From IMG/VR virus record IMGVR_UViG_3300032883_000356, positions 1 through 63,677 of that record: DNA of 63,677 nucleotides, one strand, 5' to 3'. Position 1 is the first letter of the stretch, and every line of letters begins with the position of its first letter. The stretch is from a virus. Its lineage: Duplodnaviria > Caudoviricetes. Positions 1 to 7,404 of this stretch are shown in pieces. Below the pieces are notes generated by a model. That model was not told the origin of the DNA. It worked only from the letters and a program-made list of their open reading frames with translations, and did not search any database. Position numbers and translations under genes: made by a program.

Positions 1-57
1 GGGTAGACTATGACCCCTTATCTAGAAAATTACAAGACGGATTTGACATGATGAGGA

Positions 58-651
58 ATGATAACGATGAGTAAGCTATTTCTCACTGAGTCCAAAATCA
101 ACGGACTCTTACAACTGGCAAGCACGAAGCCACGGGACTTTGCCTTGTTCCATCTTGCCCTAGCTACCGGGTTTAGAGCCGGAGACCTGTTATCATTACA
201 AATTTGCGACATAGCCAATAACAGTCTTGGTATAGTACTTCCTACTATCAAAATTAGAATGCAAAAAACTGGCAAGATTGTCGAGCGCAACCTTCCCGAA
301 GCTTGTAGAATAGCCCTATACCTATATATTAACACAAGAAATGACCGGAATCCGTATCTTTTTCCCGGACGAAATGCGATCCAACCGTTGGACAGGAGTA
401 CGCTTCACAGGATCTACAAAAGATACCTGGCTGAATTGCTACCAAAAGCCGACCTTAGGGGTGCCGCCTGCCACACAACCAGGCGCTCGGTTGCTAAAAT
501 AATTTCAGACAAAGCTGGAAGGATAGAGCCCGCCACCAGATTTCTGGGACACACATCTATCGGTACCACAATAGCCTACCTAGATATGGATGGATATGGA
601 AAGCAGGCCGATGAAATAGTGAAATCCTTGCCTTGGAACCATAATTCATGA
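58..651 (+). CDS. Tyrosine recombinase/integrase (catalytic domain only)
   Basis: TGFRAGDLL (Arg I), HTTRR (HxxR), LGHTS and TTIAYL (Tyr) motifs; 197 aa, no arm- or core-binding N-terminal domain. Confidence 0.9.
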   Translation: MITMSKLFLTESKINGLLQLASTKPRDFALFHLALATGFRAGDLLSLQICDIANNSLGIVLPTIKIRMQKTGKIVERNLPEACRIALYLYINTRNDRNPYLFPGRNAIQPLDRSTLHRIYKRYLAELLPKADLRGAACHTTRRSVAKIISDKAGRIEPATRFLGHTSIGTTIAYLDMDGYGKQADEIVKSLPWNHNS

Positions 652-657
652 TATAAT
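628..657 (+). promoter_or_regulatory. Sigma70-like promoter for the glycosyltransferase block
   Basis: TTGCCT-N18-TATAAT with TG at the extended -10 position, 8 nt before the ATG at 666. Confidence 0.5.
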
Positions 658-665
658 CACGGATT

Positions 666-1364
666 ATGGTAAATAGCGTTTCTTTGATCGTGGCTACATT
701 TGGGTCTAGGGAAATATGGGACCCATTAGCCGAAAGAGCATTACAATCAGTCTATATCCAGACCAGACCTCCTGACGAAATTCATCGTATACACAAAGAT
801 ACACTTCACGACGCTCGCAATGAAGGCGCATTTCTATCCAGATCGGACTTGCTATGTTTTCTGGATGCCGATGATGAACTGGAACCGGAATACATAGAAG
901 CAATGATGTTTTGTAATTCCACCATACCATCCTTGCGCTATCCAAAAGTTCGTCGTATTCATGATCCATCTGTTGATCCAGAATCTTATCCTGCGGTATC
1001 CATAGCACCCAGGTCCCTTTATTACGGTAACTACATGGTTATAGGAACCCTGATCAGTAGGGAACAATTCTTAAAACTAAATGGTTTTAGAGACCTTCCA
1101 GCCTACGAAGATTGGGATCTCTGGATAAGATGCTGTAAGGATGGAGCTAGACCAGTTCTGGTTCCACGAGCAATTTACAGGGCTCATGTAAGTAAAAATG
1201 GGCGAAACCTGGTAAAAAACCCAGGAGAACTCTGCAAACAAATACTTTCCTACAATCAAATAAACGGAATTAGACATATAAACAGCAGCAGAAATATAAG
1301 ATTTAGATATGCCGATGAAAAATATAATAGAAGGCAAAAACGATTTCCTATTCCAAACCGATGA
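666..1364 (+). CDS. Glycosyltransferase family 2 (GT-A)
   Basis: VSLIVATF, ARNEGA, FLDADD (DxD) and GF...EDWDLWIR motifs. Confidence 0.9.
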   Translation: MVNSVSLIVATFGSREIWDPLAERALQSVYIQTRPPDEIHRIHKDTLHDARNEGAFLSRSDLLCFLDADDELEPEYIEAMMFCNSTIPSLRYPKVRRIHDPSVDPESYPAVSIAPRSLYYGNYMVIGTLISREQFLKLNGFRDLPAYEDWDLWIRCCKDGARPVLVPRAIYRAHVSKNGRNLVKNPGELCKQILSYNQINGIRHINSSRNIRFRYADEKYNRRQKRFPIPNR

Positions 1365-2229
1365 GTTTGTTATAGAATTAATCACTGGTAAAATTCCACT
1401 CAGTCCAGAGGATACTCAGTCCTGGTTAGAATTGATGAATTCCAGAATTGGAGCTTCAAGGTCTAGGGGAGCTGAATATTTTTTATTTGTTGCACCAGAA
1501 AAGCACGTAGTATACAAAAAATATTTACCAGAGGATGTTATAATATCAACAGACCGACCGGTAATTGACCTAGCCAGAACATTTTCTATTAATAAGCTCG
1601 ATAAACACTTTCTTTATCCGGTAAATGCTTTATCTGGACACGCTCAGATATACTCTCCACGGGCAGAAATGGGCTCTTATGATCGATACGAATCGCACTG
1701 GAATGGATATGGGGTTTTTGTCGCCTATCTCGATCTTTGTAAAAAATTAAACAGTCTCGGAAGAGCGCCTGTTCCGTCAATTGACCCCAGCTGTATGGAT
1801 TTTTCTTATGAAAATCAAGACGGTCATTGCGATCTAGGATTAAGACTTATTCCTCCTAAGATAGAGCCACATCTGGGGGCTAAGAAGATTCACCCGGAAG
1901 GAAGATGTATTTTTGATAACACGAAATTCTCAGCTGGAAATCTCAAGGTTCTTGTTAATAAAGACAAATCATTACCAAGACTTGTAATATTTAGAGATTC
2001 ATTCAGTAACCTCCTACTACCACTCTTGGCTGAGTCATTCAGTAGAATTGTAGCTATAGCCACTTGGCATCTACTTGTTCCGATAATCGAATCAGAGAGA
2101 CCGGATTATGTGGTTACACAGATAGCAGAACGTTATTTGTCTGGACCACATATAAAAATACATGCGGCTAGCCCCGATGTTCATTGCCTTTGTGGGATGA
2201 CGGTGGAACAGATCAAGGATAAAGCATAA
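1309..2229 (+). CDS. AlgX/AlgJ-like SGNH protein, putative polysaccharide O-acetyltransferase
   Basis: GKNDFLF, VAPEKHVVY, ESHWNGYG, RLVIFRDSFS and PDYVVTQIAER motifs. Confidence 0.65.
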   Translation: MPMKNIIEGKNDFLFQTDEFVIELITGKIPLSPEDTQSWLELMNSRIGASRSRGAEYFLFVAPEKHVVYKKYLPEDVIISTDRPVIDLARTFSINKLDKHFLYPVNALSGHAQIYSPRAEMGSYDRYESHWNGYGVFVAYLDLCKKLNSLGRAPVPSIDPSCMDFSYENQDGHCDLGLRLIPPKIEPHLGAKKIHPEGRCIFDNTKFSAGNLKVLVNKDKSLPRLVIFRDSFSNLLLPLLAESFSRIVAIATWHLLVPIIESERPDYVVTQIAERYLSGPHIKIHAASPDVHCLCGMTVEQIKDKA

Positions 2230-3257
2230 TGAAACTAGCAGTTTTCGTAGTTACCAAACGCCCTAACATGATTGGTAATATTTTAAGAAATCTTAAACAC
2301 CAGGCAGTACAACCGGACTCATTAGTAATTATGACAAATGGGTTTGAATTGAATGATGCCGGTGAACAACTATTTAAAGATTTAAAAATTAAAGATACCG
2401 TTTGCCGCAAAGGATCAAATGAACACTATCGACTCGTACAAAACCACGCAATAACTCAGTGCGTACAATTAATAGAAAATGGTATGGTTTGCCTTTTCGA
2501 TGACGATGATTACTATGGCCCTAAATATCTTTCCCAGATCAAAGAAACAAAAGATAAACATCCAGATGCTATAATAATCTGCAAACATGCTTCTCATTAT
2601 AGTGTTGTTAGGGAAGACGGAGAATTTTATTCCAGGGAATTGTTTGAGATGAAGGCAGTGAACGGTACAAAGACTAGGGTGTTTATTGAGGCAACGCTAT
2701 GTATAGATGCCGATTATTGGGCAAATAAAAGCGATATCAGGTTACCCGGCCACGCCAACTTAGCAGAGATCGAATACGCCAACGCAGTGTATCAACGCTG
2801 GATGGAAGATACCTATGCCTACAAAGACGAAATCGAACGAACCGAATATGGTCAACGTATACTCGGAATTATAAAAAATCCATTAATCGTAGTACCACCT
2901 TCAATGCCTTGGGCACCATTCTATACCACCGGACCAGAGGAATTCTATTTTCGAAGATTTGAGCTAGGTGATCATAAACATACCTGGACAGCCGATAGAA
3001 ATAGATTCGTAAAAGGCGCTATACCAACAGAAATAATCAACACATCGATACCCAAAGAAACACCGATATCCCGTTTCAGATCTCACGGTCGAACAATTTA
3101 TCCGGACAAGTTGAAACTTTTAGATTACCTAGGAAAAGAACATGAATTTTGGAATCGTTATACCAAACAAGTACCAAGACGTGATAGGTCCACTTGTAGA
3201 GTCAATCAAAAAATACGAAACCCCTACCAGGATAATAATCATCGCAGACGGACATAG
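2229..3257 (+). CDS. Glycosyltransferase-like protein (GT-A fold)
   Basis: N-terminal VVTKRP, FDDDDYYGPKYL motif; located in the GT cluster. Confidence 0.7.
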   Translation: MKLAVFVVTKRPNMIGNILRNLKHQAVQPDSLVIMTNGFELNDAGEQLFKDLKIKDTVCRKGSNEHYRLVQNHAITQCVQLIENGMVCLFDDDDYYGPKYLSQIKETKDKHPDAIIICKHASHYSVVREDGEFYSRELFEMKAVNGTKTRVFIEATLCIDADYWANKSDIRLPGHANLAEIEYANAVYQRWMEDTYAYKDEIERTEYGQRILGIIKNPLIVVPPSMPWAPFYTTGPEEFYFRRFELGDHKHTWTADRNRFVKGAIPTEIINTSIPKETPISRFRSHGRTIYPDKLKLLDYLGKEHEFWNRYTKQVPRRDRSTCRVNQKIRNPYQDNNHRRRT

Positions 3258-3813
3258 CAATTCCTATAGTTTCGACATAATCCCCTATACCGAAGAACAT
3301 TTCGTCTATTCCAAAGCGGTAAATCTTGGCATAAAAGCTCTTGGTAATGACGACGTAATTTTATTAAACGACGATTGCCGAATAATAGAACCAAATACAT
3401 TCCAACGGTTAGATAAAATAGGTCGCTCCAGGCCAGAAATAGGACTCATCAGTCCTTTAATTAAAGGTGGGGTGGGTAATGAATTTCAACGATGGTATGG
3501 AAGAAATATGTATTGGAAACCCAGCGAACCATTAAAATACATCCATGGTATTAAACCGGTTTGTTTTCCGTGTGTATGGATTAGCAGGCAGTTGATCAAC
3601 ACCATAGGATTACTGAATGAGAACATCGTGGGGTACGGAGGGGATGACAACGAATATTGTATCCGTACAAGAAAGACAAGATTCAGGACCGCAATAACAA
3701 GCTCAATAGTTATTCAGCATGGAGACGGAAGCGACGGAAGTATCAGGGGTAGATCCTGGAGCGTAAGCTTTGCACGTAGACATCCCGTAGTTAAAAAGGA
3801 AAAATCTCGTTAA
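3142..3813 (+). CDS. Glycosyltransferase family 2
   Basis: IVIPN, SKAVNLGI, LLNDD and IGLLNE...YGGDDNEYCIR motifs. Confidence 0.85.
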   Translation: MNFGIVIPNKYQDVIGPLVESIKKYETPTRIIIIADGHSNSYSFDIIPYTEEHFVYSKAVNLGIKALGNDDVILLNDDCRIIEPNTFQRLDKIGRSRPEIGLISPLIKGGVGNEFQRWYGRNMYWKPSEPLKYIHGIKPVCFPCVWISRQLINTIGLLNENIVGYGGDDNEYCIRTRKTRFRTAITSSIVIQHGDGSDGSIRGRSWSVSFARRHPVVKKEKSR

Positions 3814-4642
3814 TAATTGCACTATACCTGTCTTCAACGGAATGATTTAACCTGACAAACGATTGAACCTCTTCCATATCATGTTTCGTTTTCCCATATA
3901 ATACAGAATCGATTTGCTCTACCATCTCGTCTAACGTAACAAAATACGATGTACGTTCGAGCAATCCTGGAAGCAATTGGAGGTCTGGGGTTACTTTTGT
4001 AACAAGTTCTGTTCCATTTCCCAATACTTCAAAAACCCGAAAGTTTAAATCGTCTTTGATTGGATAGTTTATACTTACCCTTGACCTCCTAACGATTGAA
4101 TCCATATTGGTATAATCTGTTACAGCAAGAAATCCATTCCCATATTCTTTTTTTAATCGATCAATACATTCATTCCTGTCCTTAAAAAAAGCCGAGCCCC
4201 ATCTACAAACAAAACTAATATCAATATCTTTAGTAGTATAATTGAGAGCAATTTTATCCCTAGTGGTAGGCCAACATAATGGTAGCCAGTAAACCCTGTC
4301 ATGCCCTACAGCCTGTTTAATACGTGGAATATTTACAGAAACAGCAACGAAAAGCTGATCGAAAAGTTTGGCATATTCTATTCTTTCTGTATAGTTTACG
4401 TGCGAATCGATATACCACCAAGCTTTGGGCACATTGGGAAAGGCGCGATACAGTGGTTCATACAGGGCTATACCGTTGTTTCCTTCGCGTTCAATAATGA
4501 TATCTGGTTGGAATTCCCCAACTTCTGTTATTAATTTTTTCCAGTTCCAGTTTTCTTTGATTACATCGTCTATATCTCGATGCATCGTCTTATGGCCTGG
4601 AAGATCTGGCCAGTGCCAGTAAGATAGATTAAGAATTTGCAT
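3791..4642 (-). CDS. GT-B glycosyltransferase (CgeB/Glyco_trans_1_2-like)
   Basis: DIDISFV, SRVSINY...DDLNFRVFEVLGNG motifs. Confidence 0.75.
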   Translation of the reverse strand: MQILNLSYWHWPDLPGHKTMHRDIDDVIKENWNWKKLITEVGEFQPDIIIEREGNNGIALYEPLYRAFPNVPKAWWYIDSHVNYTERIEYAKLFDQLFVAVSVNIPRIKQAVGHDRVYWLPLCWPTTRDKIALNYTTKDIDISFVCRWGSAFFKDRNECIDRLKKEYGNGFLAVTDYTNMDSIVRRSRVSINYPIKDDLNFRVFEVLGNGTELVTKVTPDLQLLPGLLERTSYFVTLDEMVEQIDSVLYGKTKHDMEEVQSFVRLNHSVEDRYSAIINEIFPF

Positions 4643-5261
4643 TATCTTTTCCTTTTATATATTCATCAAAAACTACCGGTATCCTAATATATGCGTCTTC
4701 GAGGATCATTTCGGCCACCTGACACATTTGAGGATGTGCAGCTTTATCTGTTCGCAATTTAAAGAAGTGTCTCCATTCACGAAGATTGCCAGTAATTACG
4801 ATTTCAGTCTTTAGACAAGTTGGTAATATACCACGAGCGATTTGTGGGAATTGACCTTCAGCTATTTCTAATTCATAAATCTCTTGTGTTCTTTCAAAAT
4901 GTGCTGTGCGACGATGGATTTGGATCAACGTTAAGACATCAGGAAAGATAATCTGTATTCCACCCGTGAATTGGCCTTTGGTGTAGTTGCAGTAACGAGT
5001 AGATTCTTGAGCATAACTAAATAATCTATGCCGGACGATTTCATGGGAAACGCCGCGATCACAAACTACACGATAACCCATACTGGCATGCTCAATCATA
5101 GCCTCATGCCCTCTTCTTAAAAGGTTTCTTACAAATCTTTCCGCTGAATCATCTGTTACTTTATCCTCTGATTTATAACAGGTTCTGGCCGCAATCTCAA
5201 TTGTTTGTAACGGGTTTGGTGACATCCATAAAAATTGGATACTGGGTTCTACTATCTTCAC
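4629..5261 (-). CDS. thyX: Flavin-dependent thymidylate synthase
   Basis: AARTCYKS, GHEAMIEH, RGVSHEIVRHR..SYAQESTRY signature, NLREWRHF; GTG start with GGAGG. Confidence 0.95.
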   Translation of the reverse strand: MKIVEPSIQFLWMSPNPLQTIEIAARTCYKSEDKVTDDSAERFVRNLLRRGHEAMIEHASMGYRVVCDRGVSHEIVRHRLFSYAQESTRYCNYTKGQFTGGIQIIFPDVLTLIQIHRRTAHFERTQEIYELEIAEGQFPQIARGILPTCLKTEIVITGNLREWRHFFKLRTDKAAHPQMCQVAEMILEDAYIRIPVVFDEYIKGKDNANS

Positions 5262-5280
5262 TACTTATCCTCCATAAATC

Positions 5281-5322
5281 ACAAATGGCCCCCTGTATAT
5301 CTTTCATTCGGGAGCCATTCGT
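5281..5322 (-). terminator. 13-bp hairpin (terminator or attenuator) upstream of thyX
   Basis: ACGAATGGCTCCC pairs with GGGGGCCATTTGT using G-U pairs on the minus strand; weak U-tract. Confidence 0.45.
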
Positions 5323-5326
5323 TTTC

Positions 5327-5422
5327 TTACGCTGCCAAAGGCAGCGCTTCTAATTCACTGTTGTTTTTTATTTTGTTTTCTAAACATAACGCTAATTTCA
5401 GCGCACGAATATATAATAGCAT
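5327..5422 (-). other. Short reading frame ending in an SsrA-tag-like sequence (NNSELEALPLAA-stop)
   Basis: Translated by hand as MLLYIRALKLALCLENKIKNNSELEALPLAA*; hairpin CGCTGCC-TTT-GGCAGCG covers the last codons; the ATG lies inside the promoter. Confidence 0.4.
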
Positions 5423-5441
5423 GGTTCTTAGTTCCTGTCAA
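5413..5441 (-). promoter_or_regulatory. Sigma70 promoter, canonical spacing
   Basis: TTGACA-N17-TATTAT with extended -10 TG. Confidence 0.75.
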
Positions 5442-5823
5442 GGATTTTCGCCTTCTCCATAATTGCTTCAGCTTTTTTGTTTTTGTGCTGCTTTACTAAT
5501 TCAGATGCATTAATCTTTCTGCATTTATCAGAGCAAAGCTTCATATGACCATTTGAGGCGTAAAATACAGCCCCACAAACCTTACATACCCTCTTCTGAG
5601 GCCTTGGTACGGGTTTTCCGTCTGCGTTCAATAGCAAGGTTGTTTTGTGGGTAAGATTGGCCTTCTGCTGGGTATCCTCGGGAAGTCCATTAAACAAACG
5701 GATCGTTTCCCGGTTGGCATGGATGATCAACACTTCAGGCATACCGTTTTTAATCCAGATATCTCTTAAGGCTATTTCTCTGGAGCCTCGGGAGATAGGC
5801 TTTTCTGTTGCTCTTCTTGACAT
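5428..5823 (-). CDS. Hypothetical protein with a treble-clef-like zinc finger
   Basis: CKVCG...CSDKC motif. Confidence 0.6.
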   Translation of the reverse strand: MSRRATEKPISRGSREIALRDIWIKNGMPEVLIIHANRETIRLFNGLPEDTQQKANLTHKTTLLLNADGKPVPRPQKRVCKVCGAVFYASNGHMKLCSDKCRKINASELVKQHKNKKAEAIMEKAKILDRN

Positions 5824-6134
5824 AATAGATTTTCCTTAACAATATTTAATCTTCCAACTAGGTCTTCAAAATCCCCGCGTCTGATTACAACAAGATCATT
5901 ACTTCTGATTTCATCAGCTAGGTGGATCGAAAGAATAGGAATCTTCCCTTCTGGGGCATTGTGCTTGGCCTGTTCATACCAATCTCTGAGCTTTTTGGGG
6001 TAATTTTTAAATTCTCTGTGTTTACATTCTATGGAGAAAAGCGGGTGGCTTACATCCTCTTTTTCGAAGTGATTTCTTTTTCCACCTATCTTACTCCACG
6101 ACAATTCATTTTTCTTCCAAGTCTTCGTAGGCAT
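5772..6134 (-). CDS. PD-(D/E)xK nuclease, Holliday junction resolvase-like
   Basis: EDV...FSIECKHR, W..QAK.NA.EGKIPIL pattern. Confidence 0.7.
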   Translation of the reverse strand: MPTKTWKKNELSWSKIGGKRNHFEKEDVSHPLFSIECKHREFKNYPKKLRDWYEQAKHNAPEGKIPILSIHLADEIRSNDLVVIRRGDFEDLVGRLNIVKENLLCQEEQQKSLSPEAPEK

Positions 6135-6135
6135 A

Positions 6136-6678
6136 TTATCTCGCTTGTAAAATTAATATCTGGTTCATAAACATATTTTCGGCTTCTTCGGACGATAATG
6201 GTACAATTGGGGCTGGGAGTATAGGAATATCTGTTGCCCACCCAGGCAGAAGAGGGCCTAATAAACATCTAGCTTCTTCCATTCCTACTATAGCGTCCCA
6301 TTCTTTTACATCTTGCGGTTCTTCTGGGTCGAGGCCGAATTTTTTACACACGGCTTTCATGATGTTATTTTCTATTTCTACATAAGGGATCATATCTTTA
6401 TGATGCTTAACCGGTCTTGCCATATCACAAATATACGCCTCCGAGGCATCATGAAGTAAACCCCAAAGTTTGTTTTCACTTTTGCAATATCTAGAAACCA
6501 AGGCTGAATGTTGGGCCACGCTATAAAATTTTCTAGTATGTCCGGTAAATCTACATATCATAGATAAAGCATGAGCGATATCTTCTATAAAGATATCTTC
6601 TGGCTTTGGATCGAATGGATGAAATTTATGATGACTGTAAGTCTGAATCCAGTTTCCTTTACTATATTCAATTGACAT
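6136..6678 (-). CDS. HD-domain nucleotide phosphohydrolase (YfdR-like)
   Basis: IEDIAHALS..CRFTGH, YSVAQHS, LLHDASEAY; start moved to the ATG at 6678, which has a GGAG RBS. Confidence 0.9.
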   Translation of the reverse strand: MSIEYSKGNWIQTYSHHKFHPFDPKPEDIFIEDIAHALSMICRFTGHTRKFYSVAQHSALVSRYCKSENKLWGLLHDASEAYICDMARPVKHHKDMIPYVEIENNIMKAVCKKFGLDPEEPQDVKEWDAIVGMEEARCLLGPLLPGWATDIPILPAPIVPLSSEEAENMFMNQILILQAR

Positions 6679-6699
6679 TGTAAATTCTCCTATTTTCTT

Positions 6700-6905
6700 C
6701 CTAGGGTCGCTTAGGGTTGGTACGCATCTCTCTAGAGAGAGAGAGAGAGAGATGCTACCCAACTACCCCTGGTCGCACCCGGGGTCTAATGGTTCGACCT
6801 TAGCAACTGTTGATTCTGTTGAGTTTAACAAATCATGGCCTAAATAAGGGTCGCTTTCACCCGGCGTAATTTTTTTCGACCCTAAATTTAGGGGTTCGAC
6901 CGTAT
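6700..6905. repeat. Candidate replication origin: GGTCG/CGACC pentamer repeats and an (AG)n-containing inverted repeat
   Basis: GGTCGC three times (near 6705, 6771, 6849); TTCGACC three times (near 6793, 6875, 6895); GCATCTCTCT...AGAGAGATGC at about 6724-6755. Confidence 0.5.
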
Positions 6906-7404
6906 TACTGTAACTTGAACTCTTTCCAACAGTTAAGATAATCGTGCCTTGCGCCTTACGGAATTGTCTATTACGCTTTACGGTTTCGTTAATACGCTTT
7001 AATTTTACACCAAGAACAGTGGCTAGCTTTTCAGGTGTCATCCTTCCATCTTTTTTAAGTGCCATTTCCATTTTACAACCGAGAGTGATAACCCCTCGGC
7101 GTGTTTTTGACTTTTCCGTACCAGTATAGGCTTCTACCATGATATCAGTTTTTGTTCTAAGTGACATAATTATAGGCTTACCACTCCCCCCACGCTCCAG
7201 ATATTCAGCCATAGCGCGAAGAAGTGTAGGGTTGTCGCCAGCAAGTCCCAACCCAACATTACACCTACCACATAAAAGGCCTCTTACCTTACCATTAATG
7301 TGGTCATGATCCATAGCTAATCTTCTTCGTAAACCTTGAACATCTCCGCATATGGCGCACTTACCATCCTGCAATGCTAAAGTCCGTTCGTAATCAACTT
7401 CCAT
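6763..7404 (-). CDS. Endonuclease VII-family nuclease with a C-terminal HTH
   Basis: QDGKCAICG, MDHDH..GKVRGLLCGRCNVGLG. Confidence 0.85.
   Translation of the reverse strand: MEVDYERTLALQDGKCAICGDVQGLRRRLAMDHDHINGKVRGLLCGRCNVGLGLAGDNPTLLRAMAEYLERGGSGKPIIMSLRTKTDIMVEAYTGTEKSKTRRGVITLGCKMEMALKKDGRMTPEKLATVLGVKLKRINETVKRNRQFRKAQGTIILTVGKSSSYSNTVEPLNLGSKKITPGESDPYLGHDLLNSTESTVAKVEPLDPGCDQG

Noticed and set aside
43-62. Seventh short-spacer element TTGACA-tgatgagg-AATGAT before the recombinase
   Set aside because: The -10 lacks the first T and the TGn extension; too weak to count
5270-5410. Complete tmRNA (ssrA) gene
   Set aside because: Region is only about 140 nt and lacks a T-arm and CCA end; kept only as a tag-like finding
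6679-6762. N-terminal extension of the HD gene (MGSISLSLSLER)
   Set aside because: It is a translation of the (AG)n inverted repeat; a better start with RBS exists at 6678
6785-6905. GGTTCGA motifs resembling tRNA T-loops
   Set aside because: No cloverleaf, D-arm or acceptor stem around them; better explained as part of the GGTCG repeat cluster
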